A program made the translations under genes and the position numbers. From NCBI GenBank assembly GCA_012510305.1, contig JAAZIE010000019.1:1-29309 (forward strand): a stretch of 29,309 nt of DNA, read 5' to 3'. Below, in pieces: positions 18,547 to 27,672 of this stretch. Source of the stretch: Bacillota bacterium. Its GTDB lineage: Bacteria > Bacillota > Dethiobacteria > DTU022. The notes under the pieces were generated by a model. The model was not told where the DNA came from. It searched no databases and worked only from the letters and a program-made list of their open reading frames with translations. Every line of letters begins with the position of its first letter. Position 1 is the stretch's first letter.

Positions 18547-20651
18547 CTGAGCGAGCTCCTTTCGATCTCGGCCCGGAGATCTTTTTCCGGATACTCCACC
18601 CGGGTGTGATAGATGCCCGCCATGATCCGGGCAAAGGTGTCTCCGATCTGATCCAGCTCTTTCAAGGTTAAATCGCATTCGTCCATCTGGCCGTCGTTTA
18701 GCTTTTCTTTGATGATCCGGCGGATGAGCACCTCGACCCGGTTGCCCACAGGCTTGGCAAGAGAGCGCGCCCCCGCTTCCACAGCGTCGGCCAGCATGAT
18801 GATAGCCGCCTCCTTGGTTTGGGGCAGCGGCCCCTCGTAAGAAAATTTCTCGGTAAAGACCTGCTCTTCGACGCTGCTGTCCACCGCCTGCTGATAGAAA
18901 TAGGCGATCAGGCCGGTTCCATGATGCTGCCGGATAATATCTTCGATGACCAGGGGAAGACGATATTTGCGGGCCAGCTCCACCCCGTCTTTAATATGAA
19001 GGCGGATGATCATGGCACTTAAATTGGGAGAGATCTTGTCATGCGGGTTTTGCCCCGAAAGCTGGTTCTCGGTAAAAAAGTAAGGCCGCTTGATCTTGCC
19101 GATGTCGTGATAGTAAGCGCCGACCCTGGTCAACAGGGGATCGGCGTTCACCGCTTCGGCGGCGGCCTCGGCCAGGTTGCAAACGATCATGCTGTGATAG
19201 TAGGTTCCCGGAGCAGTGGTCTGCAGGCGGCGCAGTAAAGGATGGTTGGGATTGGAAAGTTCCAGCAGGGTAATGGAGGTGGTTAAGCCGAAAGCGCTTT
19301 CCAGGTACGGCAGCATGCCGATGGCGATCACGGAAGATAGCAGGCCGTTGCCGACGCCGGCAGCCAGGGCGTAACCCAACTCTTTTAGAATGCCGCTTTC
19401 CAAGCTGAGGCTGCCCAAAAAGAGAAACTGCGCCATGATCGTGGCCGCATTGGTCCCGGCCACATAAAGCCCCGCCCTGGCCAGGTCTCTGCGCTGGCTC
19501 ACCCGGGAAACGGCATAGATCGCGGCTAACCCCCCGGTCAAAGCGATGAAAAGGTAGCCGATCTCGCTGCCGGTGATGAGGCCCACCAGCAAAGCGATCA
19601 CAAAATTCATCAAGATGGCGAGGCGGTAACCGAACATGACCGTAATGAGAATTACCCCCATCGCCGCGGGGATCCAATAATTGGAGAAATAGGAGGCCAA
19701 AACAGCCAGCAGCAGGGTAATAATAATCACCAGGCCCAGCAGCAACAGCAGCCGGGGGTTATTGTATACGTTTTCGATAAACTTGTACAGGTATATGCCC
19801 ACCAGAATAAAAATAATTGCCAGCAGCAAAAATAGTCCGATGATTCCGCTGTAATCAGCCTGTTTCCCCCGGATCAGGCCCAGGCTTTCCAGCTGAGCCA
19901 TCTGTTTTTCAGTAACCAGCTCTCCCTCGCTGACAATAAGCGTATTGCGCTGCAGAATCACCGGCTCGACGGTCCGGCGGGCCTCCTCGCGGTTATTTTC
20001 CGTCGCCTCGAGGTTGGCGATCATGTTGGGCTGAACTAACGGGCCGGCCAGCTTCAGGGCAACCTGCTTCAAGCCGGCTTCAAAGGGGAAAAGGGCGATT
20101 TCGTCTTCGATCTGTTTTTGTGCTGTCTTCTCGCCCCCCACCTTGACCCCCTGCTCAAATATTTCGGCCAGGTTAACCTTGAGCCGGTTTTCCAGGTCGG
20201 AGATGATCGATTTTTCGGCATGGAGGGCTTCGGCCGTGGAGGCGGAGAGGCCGAGCCGGCGCAGTGTCCGCAGCGCCTTGGTTTTTTCGCTGTGGGAAAG
20301 ATCGGGATCGCTGCGAATCTCCGCAACGCCGTTAAAATATTCTTCCACGGCAGCAATAGCTTCTTCCTCCACCGCCGGGTTATAGTCAAAGACCTCCGCA
20401 ACCGCCTTTGAAGCCTCCCGGCGCAGCTGATCCGTGGTATATTCGTCGATGATCTCGCGAGTTGCATAGATCGTCTTCGGACTGGGCCGGTTCAGCTGCA
20501 CGTTGACCCGGCCGGGAATACAGACAAAAATCAAAATTATATAAATAACAACAAAGACAGCCGCCGCCAGCACAAACCTCTGGAGGCGCAGGTCCCACCG
20601 CAGCGGGGAATAGTTCTTGACATACTCTTTTATCTTCGGAATCGCACTCAT
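18543..20651 (-). CDS. pgpH: 7TM-HD cyclic di-AMP phosphodiesterase (PgpH/YqfF family)
   Basis: Extracellular domain, 7 TM helices, ELSNPNHPLL...APGTYYHS, YYHDIGK, QHHGT, MLADAVEA. Confidence 0.92.
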   Translation of the reverse strand: MSAIPKIKEYVKNYSPLRWDLRLQRFVLAAAVFVVIYIILIFVCIPGRVNVQLNRPSPKTIYATREIIDEYTTDQLRREASKAVAEVFDYNPAVEEEAIAAVEEYFNGVAEIRSDPDLSHSEKTKALRTLRRLGLSASTAEALHAEKSIISDLENRLKVNLAEIFEQGVKVGGEKTAQKQIEDEIALFPFEAGLKQVALKLAGPLVQPNMIANLEATENNREEARRTVEPVILQRNTLIVSEGELVTEKQMAQLESLGLIRGKQADYSGIIGLFLLLAIIFILVGIYLYKFIENVYNNPRLLLLLGLVIIITLLLAVLASYFSNYWIPAAMGVILITVMFGYRLAILMNFVIALLVGLITGSEIGYLFIALTGGLAAIYAVSRVSQRRDLARAGLYVAGTNAATIMAQFLFLGSLSLESGILKELGYALAAGVGNGLLSSVIAIGMLPYLESAFGLTTSITLLELSNPNHPLLRRLQTTAPGTYYHSMIVCNLAEAAAEAVNADPLLTRVGAYYHDIGKIKRPYFFTENQLSGQNPHDKISPNLSAMIIRLHIKDGVELARKYRLPLVIEDIIRQHHGTGLIAYFYQQAVDSSVEEQVFTEKFSYEGPLPQTKEAAIIMLADAVEAGARSLAKPVGNRVEVLIRRIIKEKLNDGQMDECDLTLKELDQIGDTFARIMAGIYHTRVEYPEKDLRAEIERSSLR

Positions 20652-21628
20652 AGATCATTTCCCCCGCCGGATTCGTAGATCTCGTAGGCTTTAATGATAT
20701 TCTGGACAAGCGGATGCCTGACCACGTCTTTTTCGGTAAGGTAGACCAGGGCAATTCCCTCAACTTGTCCCAAAATGCGCGGCGCCTCGGCCAGGCCCGA
20801 CTCCCGCTCCCGCGGGAGATCGATCTGGGTAATATCCCCGGTCACCACCGCCTGGGAGCCAAACCCGAGACGGGTGAGAAACATTTTCATCTGCTCGGAA
20901 GTGGCGTTCTGCCCCTCGTCAAGAATAACAAAAGAGTCATCCAGCGTGCGCCCGCGCATGTATGCCAGGGGAGCCACCTCGATTATACCCTTTTCGCGGT
21001 ATTTTTGAAAGAGATCCACCCCGAGCAGCTCGTAAAGACCGTCGTAAACCGGCCTTAAATAGGGATCGACCTTTTCTTGAAAATCACCCGGCAGAAAACC
21101 GAGATGCTCGCCGGCCTCAACGGCGGGACGGGCCAATATAATCCGCTGAACCTGCTTTTTTTTGAGAGCATCAATCGCCACAGCCAGGGCCAGGTAGGTT
21201 TTACCCGTCCCCGCCGGGCCGATGCAGAGAACAATATCCTGGTGCCGCATTGCCTCGAGGTAACGCTTCTGCCCTATTGTCTTCGGACGAATCTGTTTGC
21301 CGCGCGGGGTCACCAAAAGCAGCTCGCTGAAAAGCTCGCGCAGCGCTTTGGCCTTGCCTTCACGGGTCAATTTGAGGGCATATTCAAATTCACGGCTGCC
21401 CAAAAAATGCCCCCGGCGAATACTGCGCAGCAGCTCCTGGAACATCTGGTAAAGCGGCTCCACCTCTTTTTCAGGGCCTTCAATAACCAGTTCAAAACCC
21501 CGGGGCAGCAGGTGGACATTAAAATTATCCTCCACCAGGCTGAAGTGACGGTCATGCTTGCCGAAGAGCTGCAGCGACTCGTCGCTGTTTTCGAGCAAAA
21601 CTGAGCGACTGACGGTCTTTCCCGTCAA
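20648..21628 (-). CDS. phoH: PhoH-family ATPase
   Basis: PKTIGQKRY, GPAGTGKTYLA, RPAVEAGEHLGFLPGD, YMRGRTL, DEGQN. TTG start with RBS GGGAGGTG. Confidence 0.96.
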   Translation of the reverse strand: MTGKTVSRSVLLENSDESLQLFGKHDRHFSLVEDNFNVHLLPRGFELVIEGPEKEVEPLYQMFQELLRSIRRGHFLGSREFEYALKLTREGKAKALRELFSELLLVTPRGKQIRPKTIGQKRYLEAMRHQDIVLCIGPAGTGKTYLALAVAIDALKKKQVQRIILARPAVEAGEHLGFLPGDFQEKVDPYLRPVYDGLYELLGVDLFQKYREKGIIEVAPLAYMRGRTLDDSFVILDEGQNATSEQMKMFLTRLGFGSQAVVTGDITQIDLPRERESGLAEAPRILGQVEGIALVYLTEKDVVRHPLVQNIIKAYEIYESGGGNDL

Positions 21629-21655
21629 ATAGTCTTCACCTCCCCCGGGCAGGGT

Positions 21656-22855
21656 TCAAGGACGGCGCAGTTTCAACATGCCAATCTCTTCCTTTTTTTC
21701 AACTACTGCCCGGACCCACCCGCCTTCTTTTTCCCTGTACTCTTCAAAGTAAAGCTGTTCCCAACCATCTTTACCGGGGATCTCTTCTTGCAGTTTCCGG
21801 ACTGCCTTTTCCCGGGATTGCCGCAACGCTTCGCTGTATGGAACCTTTTTCAGCTCCACCTGCAGCTCGTAATAGGTTCTAGTCTCTAGTTCGACAGGGA
21901 AATTAAGATTCCTCCAACCCCATTTCAAAATGCGGCTCTTCTCCTCGGCGCTCCGGTACGGGTTTTTGGCCGGGCCCCACAGCCGCCGGCGGCCGCTATC
22001 CCAGCACAGGTAACAGGCGCTGCCGGAGCGCCCGGTCGGTTTTTGGGATATCCTCGTTAATTCGAGCGGTTCCCTGGCTTCGTACCAAACGCGGGCCTCC
22101 ACTTTCCCCCGGGCGCGGACTTCCCCGGGCGGGGGTTGCTCCTCCGGATCCGGGGTGCCCTGATCAAGGCTAACCACCCCTTCGATCAGCAGATCCCCCC
22201 GGGAAACGGTGTCACCCGCCTCTACCGCCGCCCGCCCCTCGATCACCACCACCCGTTCGATGAGGCCGTCCCGGGAAGCAACCAGGTCGGCGGGACGGTT
22301 ATCCGGCACCGGCTCGGAAAGATGTTCCACGATTTCAATTTCGAGCAGGACCCCGCGCAGCCTCAGCGCGGCCCAGGCGATATCGCTGTTGCGCCGGGGC
22401 AGCTCCTCGGCCAGGGCGGTTAGATCGATTTCCCTTTTCCAGATTCCCGGGCGGACACCGCACTGTTCCACCAGGGCCAGGATCTCTTCTTTTTCCAGGC
22501 GGTTGGTTCCGATGACGCGGATCTGCCAGACAAAAGATGTGGACAGGTAAAGTACGGCGACGAAAATTACCGCTCCGGCAACCAGGCCCCACCGGCGGCG
22601 CAAACGGTATTTGATAAAGGGGAGCCCCACCTTTTGCCGGATGCGCAGGCGGCAGCGCGCCTGCCTGACCAGGGGGCGCAGCGCTCTGAAAGAGTCTATG
22701 CCGAGGCAGAGACGGGCTTCGTCTTTTTGTTTTCGCAGATCCCAGAAGCCGAGCCCCCTTGAGACGGCCAGGTTGAGCACCCTTTCCACACCCCGGCCTT
22801 CCAAAGAGATGACCACAAATCCGCGGAGAAACCGCCACCATTTTATTATGAACAC
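21656..22855 (-). CDS. yqfD: Sporulation protein YqfD
   Basis: GRGVERVLNLA, RRWGLVAG TM segment, DLVASRDGLIERVVVIEG...GD.V..GDLLIEG; follows yqfC. Confidence 0.93.
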   Translation of the reverse strand: MFIIKWWRFLRGFVVISLEGRGVERVLNLAVSRGLGFWDLRKQKDEARLCLGIDSFRALRPLVRQARCRLRIRQKVGLPFIKYRLRRRWGLVAGAVIFVAVLYLSTSFVWQIRVIGTNRLEKEEILALVEQCGVRPGIWKREIDLTALAEELPRRNSDIAWAALRLRGVLLEIEIVEHLSEPVPDNRPADLVASRDGLIERVVVIEGRAAVEAGDTVSRGDLLIEGVVSLDQGTPDPEEQPPPGEVRARGKVEARVWYEAREPLELTRISQKPTGRSGSACYLCWDSGRRRLWGPAKNPYRSAEEKSRILKWGWRNLNFPVELETRTYYELQVELKKVPYSEALRQSREKAVRKLQEEIPGKDGWEQLYFEEYREKEGGWVRAVVEKKEEIGMLKLRRP

Positions 22856-22878
22856 CGCTGTGTCCCCCTATACGGCAG

Positions 22879-23163
22879 CTACATTTCGTAGGTTAAATTC
22901 TCGAAAACCCCTTTGATCAGCAGTTCCTCGGCAAGCAAGTTTTCGATCTGCAGCTGTTCTCCCCGGATAATAATCTCGCCGTTTTTCACGGAGAGGCGAA
23001 CCCGGCTTTCATCGTAGGAGATGACGCCGCGATGGTTTTCAATGTACAGCTGCACATTGCCCACCAGGGTAATGCGGGGGAGATCGAGCAGGACCTCGTG
23101 GGGCAGTTCAAAAAAATCAGCGATAACCTCTTTGAAACTGCCTTTCTTTTTTCTACGCGGCAA
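22879..23163 (-). CDS. yqfC: Sporulation protein YqfC (YabP/YqfC family)
   Basis: LPHEVLLDLPRITLVGNVQLYIENHRGVISY...G..L.I..L..EE..I.G. TTG start with RBS GGGAGGTG. Confidence 0.93.
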   Translation of the reverse strand: MPRRKKKGSFKEVIADFFELPHEVLLDLPRITLVGNVQLYIENHRGVISYDESRVRLSVKNGEIIIRGEQLQIENLLAEELLIKGVFENLTYEM

Positions 23164-23198
23164 GCTTCAACCACCTCCCGCCAAATAAGTTTCGTTTA

Positions 23199-23227
23199 AA
23201 TTTATGCACCGGCCGGATAAAATACAA
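23199..23227 (-). promoter_or_regulatory. sigmaE-type promoter for yqfC-yqfD
   Basis: TTGTATT-N14-CATAAATT versus consensus (T/G)(C/T)ATA(A/T)T-N14-CATACANT. yqfCD is sigmaE-controlled in B. subtilis. Confidence 0.65.
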
Positions 23228-23365
23228 CTTTGCCAAGATAAAGCTGCTGCCAAAATTAAGATCCCCGCCCCCTGCAAAAGAGCCTTTTCCCGTAAGCGGT
23301 TTTACACAGAGGGGCAGGATTGCGGAATATGGATTGCCCGGCGGCTGAGAGAAGACAGCTGGAAT

Positions 23366-23397
23366 TAAAAAAGCCCGGCTGCTATTAACCGGGCCTG
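23366..23397 (-). terminator. Intrinsic terminator of hit-rpsU
   Basis: Minus strand gcccggtt-aatagc-agccgggc followed by tttttt. Confidence 0.75.
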
Positions 23398-23474
23398 AGA
23401 ATCGGGGGTATGGTCATACTGTACTACACGCTCATCGCATCCGCAGGGGGGAAACCCCTGGGGAAAGCAGGCGC

Positions 23475-23654
23475 TTAACGATAACGGCGCTTTCTTCGTG
23501 CCGCTTCTGATTTCTTCTTGCGGCGGACACTCGGCTTTTCATAATGTCTCCGGCGCCGTGCTTCCGACAGGACGCCTGTCCGGGCACACTTCTTTTTAAA
23601 CCTTCGCAGGGCCCGGTCAAGGGATTCGTTCTTCCCCACTTTAATTTCAGCCAT
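23475..23654 (-). CDS. rpsU: 30S ribosomal protein S21
   Basis: [23 protein letters not shown]...[19 protein letters not shown]. Start reassigned to ATG 23654. Confidence 0.97.
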   Translation of the reverse strand: MAEIKVGKNESLDRALRRFKKKCARTGVLSEARRRRHYEKPSVRRKKKSEAARRKRRYR

Positions 23655-23701
23655 AATATCTTCCCCCCCCTCTGCGCAAACCACCGCCAAAAAAAGGCTG
23701 T

Positions 23702-24064
23702 TTAAACCCCCCGCCCCCTGGCGATAGCAGGCGATAACGCTTTTCCTCCCAGAAGGTGCAGGTGCAGATGGTAAACCACCTGGCCGCCTTCCCGGCCGCA
23801 GTTGATCACCAACCGGTAACCGGACTTGTCCAGATCAAAAGAGCGGGCCAGGTCATTGGCCACACCCACCAGGCGGCCCACCAGGAGGGTGTCTTCCTCT
23901 TTCAAGTCAACCAGGGTCGGAATATGCCTGCGCGGAACAATGAGCAGGTGAACCGGGGCCGCAGGATAAACGTCTTTGAAGGCGACGATATCCTCGTCTT
24001 CATAAACTATCTCCGCATCGCTTTCCTTGTTGATAATACGGCAAAATATACAATCAGCAGTCAT
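23702..24064 (-). CDS. hit: Histidine triad (HIT) nucleotide-binding protein
   Basis: [39 protein letters not shown]. Start reassigned to ATG 24064 (RBS AGGAGG). Confidence 0.95.
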   Translation of the reverse strand: MTADCIFCRIINKESDAEIVYEDEDIVAFKDVYPAAPVHLLIVPRRHIPTLVDLKEEDTLLVGRLVGVANDLARSFDLDKSGYRLVINCGREGGQVVYHLHLHLLGGKALSPAIARGRGV

Positions 24065-24091
24065 CACGAACCTCCTGCTTGCAATGCTGCA

Positions 24092-24100
24092 ATTATAGCA
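24092..24100 (-). promoter_or_regulatory. Extended -10 sigmaA promoter for hit-rpsU
   Basis: TGcTATAAT about 28 nt upstream of the hit ATG; no clear -35. Confidence 0.6.
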
Positions 24101-24205
24101 CAATAGCAGCCGTCCAGAAAAATAGGAAAAACAGGCCACCGTAAATGCGGTTTATCTGTTTATTCGGGATGGGCTCCGCTTTTACCTTTTTATAAAAAGA
24201 AATAT

Positions 24206-25729
24206 TTAAAGCAAACCGGGTTCATCCTGTTCAAAAACCCGGGCGAAGAAGCCAAAGGTTTTTTCCTTCAGGGTTGCAGCAGGGGCGGGGGTGAGAAGAG
24301 ACACCGCCACCAGGGTGATTACGGCAAGGAAAAAAGCGGGAACCACCGGCATCAGGCCGAAAGTGGTCCAGCCGGGGAGAATCCCCAGGTACCACAGGTG
24401 CAGCATCACTGCGGGCAGGATCAGGGCGGCACAGGTGCCGTACTGGTTGGCCCGCCGCCAGTAGAGCACACCGATCATCACCGGCAGCATTATCGAAAAC
24501 CCCGAGAAAGCGAAGGCGGCGATAGCCAGGATGGCTGCCGGCCGGGCCAGGGCGATGCAGAGCGCTGCGGCGGAAAATAGAACCAGGATGATCCGGCCCC
24601 ACAGCACCGCCCGCTCCGGGGAGATGCGGATATAAGGCGAGATGAGATCGTCTGTCACCAGGTGGGCCACGGTGAGCAGCTGTGAATCGATCGATGATTT
24701 GACGATGGCCAGGATCATGAGCAGGCCCAGAATCGTCCACAGCGGCGAGAGGTGGCCGCTGATCAGCAGCGGCACGATATTATCCGAATCCTTACCCACC
24801 AGCCCCGGTATGGAGACGGCGCCCCAGACGCCGAGCAGGGTGGAGATGCCGAAGATGAGCGCCATCGCCGCCGGGTAGAAGAGGGTTACCTGCTTCAGGT
24901 TCCGACTGCTCCGCGCGGCCATGATCCGGATAAAGATCTGGGGAAAGACCACCACCGCAATGGAGTTGATGAAAGAAAAACTAAACCAGTTTGCCGGCGC
25001 CAGATCCGGGGAAAGGGCGCGCTGCAGCAGGGCGGGCTGTTCAGCCGCGATCCGGCTGGTGATAGCGGAAAAGCCGCCCAGGGCCCTTACGAGAGCAAAG
25101 AGAAGCAGTACCGAGATGACCATAAAGAGAGCGCCCTGAAAGATATCTGTCCAGACGGTGCCCCGCATGCCCGCCGGAACGGTATAGAGCAGCGACACCA
25201 CCACGATAATCGCTGCAGCCGGCCAGTAGGGAACCAGGCCTTCGCTGATGGTGGAAAAAGCAAGCCCGCCCCCGATGATGCTCACCACCAGGTAGGGCAG
25301 GGTGTAGTACAGCAGTAAAAAAAGAAAAAGCAGCGATACGGCGCGGCTCTTCAGGATCCCCCCGAAGACCTGGGGCTGGGTGGCGTAGCCGTAACGCTTC
25401 CCCAGCAGCCAGGAACGGTAGCCGATAAGATAATAGGTAAAGGGGGTGATAAAAATGCTCCAGCCGATAACATAGCCGTAGGCGCCGTAGCCGGCGTGGT
25501 AGGAGAACCCGGCATGACCGATGATCGTAAAGGCGGTAATGTTGGTGGCAAAAAGGGTCATGAATACAGCGATGCTGCCCAGCCCCCGCCCGGCCATAAA
25601 ATAGTCTTCCCTGGTCTTGCGGGTAACCCTGGCTCCGTAACCGCCGATGATCAGGAGGACCAGCACGTATGCCAGGAGGATGCTGAATCCGAGGACGCTA
25701 TTCACCGGTGCCAACCCCTTTTTTGTCAT
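24206..25729 (-). CDS. Sodium:solute symporter family protein (SSS; PutP/PanF/MctP-like, substrate unknown)
   Basis: About 13 hydrophobic segments, EDYFMAGRGLG, GMRGTVWTDIFQG, PQIFIRIMAA, SSIDSQLL, LYWRRAN. Start ATG 25729 or GTG 25705. Confidence 0.92.
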   Translation of the reverse strand: MTKKGLAPVNSVLGFSILLAYVLVLLIIGGYGARVTRKTREDYFMAGRGLGSIAVFMTLFATNITAFTIIGHAGFSYHAGYGAYGYVIGWSIFITPFTYYLIGYRSWLLGKRYGYATQPQVFGGILKSRAVSLLFLFLLLYYTLPYLVVSIIGGGLAFSTISEGLVPYWPAAAIIVVVSLLYTVPAGMRGTVWTDIFQGALFMVISVLLLFALVRALGGFSAITSRIAAEQPALLQRALSPDLAPANWFSFSFINSIAVVVFPQIFIRIMAARSSRNLKQVTLFYPAAMALIFGISTLLGVWGAVSIPGLVGKDSDNIVPLLISGHLSPLWTILGLLMILAIVKSSIDSQLLTVAHLVTDDLISPYIRISPERAVLWGRIILVLFSAAALCIALARPAAILAIAAFAFSGFSIMLPVMIGVLYWRRANQYGTCAALILPAVMLHLWYLGILPGWTTFGLMPVVPAFFLAVITLVAVSLLTPAPAATLKEKTFGFFARVFEQDEPGLL

Positions 25730-25973
25730 TATGCTCCTGTTCCAGCAATCCGGCCGGCGGATCGGGCCAGGCCAAAGTGACTACCAGGCCCATGGCCAGG
25801 GTTGCCAGCAGGGCGTATCCGATATAGTAAGAAAATGAAAAGGGCATAAACCCGAAGAGGAAGGGCGCCCGGGCATCCCATTTCCATAACCAAAAGCTGT
25901 TATGCAGCAGAAACATGATCAGGGCAATCAGCGAAGCCGCACCCAGCCTGGCTCCTGCGTTTAGCCTGTTCAA
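25698..25973 (-). CDS. Small 2-TM membrane protein, typical partner of SSS transporters (DUF3311/DUF485-like)
   Basis: Two hydrophobic helices flanking FLFGFMPF; stop overlaps the SSS start. TTG at 25973 preferred on RBS spacing (track start GTG 25982). Confidence 0.75.
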   Translation of the reverse strand: MNRLNAGARLGAASLIALIMFLLHNSFWLWKWDARAPFLFGFMPFSFSYYIGYALLATLAMGLVVTLAWPDPPAGLLEQEHNDKKGVGTGE

Positions 25974-26012
25974 AAGATCCACCCCTCTTTTAAAAATAAA
26001 GACACAATTTGG

Positions 26013-26039
26013 ATTCGACAGAATCCAGGCAATTCCTGC
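26013..26039 (-). promoter_or_regulatory. sigmaH-type promoter for the small protein-SSS operon
   Basis: GCAGGAATT-N11-GTCGAAT, an exact match to RNAGGAWWW-N11/12-RNNGAAT. Confidence 0.75.
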
Positions 26040-26128
26040 ATGAACTGCTTTAATTTAGAAGGCGGTAAGTTTTAAAGTTCACCGTGGGGGCTTTAACCGG
26101 GCTGCAGGGCAGTTCAGGCAGGGCCGCC

Positions 26129-26158
26129 TTGCACCGCTTTGCCGAATTAAGCTATAAT
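26129..26158 (+). promoter_or_regulatory. sigmaA promoter for selU-ylbF-HAD
   Basis: TTGCAC-N18-TATAAT, about 27 nt before the CDS. Confidence 0.65.
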
Positions 26159-26184
26159 TAAACCGGGTCCAAAATAGAAAAGGG

Positions 26185-27255
26185 GTGGGCTCCTGCATGG
26201 AGCAGACCATAGACGTAGAGGAGGCCGGCCGGCGAACAGATCTGAAGATGATCGATGTGCGCTCCCCGGCGGAGTTTGCCCGGGCTTCGATCCCCGGGGC
26301 CGTGAATATGCCCCTCTTTGACAATGCCGAACGTGAAAAGCTGGGCCTGGTTTACCATCGCGAGGGGGAAGGCGCCGCCCGGCGCTGCGCCCTGGCGCTG
26401 GCAGCGCCCCGGCTGCCGGCCCTGGTTGACGAAATCACCGGCGCCGCCGGTGATAAAATACCGGTGCTGTACTGCTGGCGGGGCGGTCAGCGCAGCCGCA
26501 GCACGCATATTATCCTCGAACTGGCGGGGATCACTTCTTACCGTCTTTTGGGGGGTTACCGCGCTTACCGCCGCCTGGTTTATCAGCGATTGCAAAACTA
26601 CCCCCTGCAGAGCAAGTTTGCTGTTTTGCACGGTTTAACCGGCTCGGGAAAAACCGCTGTGATCAGAAGGCTGATCCGGCGCGGCCTGCCGGCGATCGAC
26701 CTGGAAGGTTTGGCCCGCCACCGCGGCTCGGTTTTTGGAGCCATCGGCCTGGGCGAACAGAGATCGCAGAAGGATTTTGAAGCGCTGCTGCTGCAAAAGC
26801 TCGACCTTTTCAACGGCTCGCCGCACATAATCATCGAAGGCGAGGGGCCGCGCATCGGCAAAATCCACCTGCCCAATTTTTTGACAGCGGCCATGGAGCA
26901 GGGCGACCATCTTTTGTTGACCGCCCCCCTGGAGAAGAGGGTGCACCGCATTGTGGAACAATATCTACCCTCTTTGCCACAGGAGGAAGAAACAGCCCGG
27001 ATCAGGGAGGCGATCATTTCACTGCGCAAGCGCCTGGGAAAAACCATGGTGGAACAGCTGCTCGAGGATCTTGCCGCCCGGCGTTACGAGTCTGTCGCCG
27101 GTTCGCTTTGCCGCAATTATTATGACCGCCTCTACCACGATACCCGCCCCCAATGCCGCCCTTTCATGGCGGTCATTGACAGCAGCGATCTTGACCGGGC
27201 TGCGGGAGAGCTGGCCGCCCGGCTGCTTCATGAACCGGTGACAGCAACTAAATAG
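26185..27255 (+). CDS. mnmH: tRNA 2-selenouridine(34) synthase
   Basis: Rhodanese domain IDVRSPAEF...IPGAVNMPL...YCWRGGQRS, P-loop GLTGSGKT, DLEGLARHRGSVFG, EGEGPRIG, YYD. Start GTG 26185 or ATG 26197. Confidence 0.95.
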   Translation: MGSCMEQTIDVEEAGRRTDLKMIDVRSPAEFARASIPGAVNMPLFDNAEREKLGLVYHREGEGAARRCALALAAPRLPALVDEITGAAGDKIPVLYCWRGGQRSRSTHIILELAGITSYRLLGGYRAYRRLVYQRLQNYPLQSKFAVLHGLTGSGKTAVIRRLIRRGLPAIDLEGLARHRGSVFGAIGLGEQRSQKDFEALLLQKLDLFNGSPHIIIEGEGPRIGKIHLPNFLTAAMEQGDHLLLTAPLEKRVHRIVEQYLPSLPQEEETARIREAIISLRKRLGKTMVEQLLEDLAARRYESVAGSLCRNYYDRLYHDTRPQCRPFMAVIDSSDLDRAAGELAARLLHEPVTATK

Positions 27256-27270
27256 AAAGAGGTGTGAGGA

Positions 27271-27672
27271 TTGAATCCTTATGATGCCGCCCGACGTTTG
27301 ACCAGGGTGCTGCGTGAATCCCCCGAATTTAAAGAGTACGGCGAGGCCCAGAAACTGATCGCCGGTGACAGCGCCGCCCGCGAGATGCTGATCGATTTTC
27401 GCAAAGAGCAGTTCCGCCTGCAAAAGCAGGAGCTGTCCGGACTGGAAATAGCCCCGGAGCAGGCCGAAAAATTGGAAAAACTCTTTGAGGTGTTGAATTT
27501 AAACTTAAATGTAAAGCGTTTTCTTGATGCAGAGTTTCGCTTCAGCAGGCTCATCGGCGATATCCAGAAGATCATCGGCGAAGCCACCGCAGACCTGCTC
27601 GACCATACACTGATGCAGCAGTTCGGTGAGGCGCTTAACGACGAGGTTGATGAAAACGATGAGTCAGAATAG
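27271..27672 (+). CDS. YlbF/YmcA/YheA-family (Com_YlbF) regulator
   Basis: MNPYDAARRL...ESPEF..Y..AQ..I..D..A..ML.DFRK.Q..LQ...LSG...N.NVKRFL.AE.R. TTG start with RBS GAGGTG. Confidence 0.88.
   Translation: MNPYDAARRLTRVLRESPEFKEYGEAQKLIAGDSAAREMLIDFRKEQFRLQKQELSGLEIAPEQAEKLEKLFEVLNLNLNVKRFLDAEFRFSRLIGDIQKIIGEATADLLDHTLMQQFGEALNDEVDENDESE

Noticed and set aside
23432-23620. 62-aa alternate-frame ORF overlapping rpsU
   Set aside because: Out-of-frame overlap with a conserved ribosomal protein gene; no RBS or motif.
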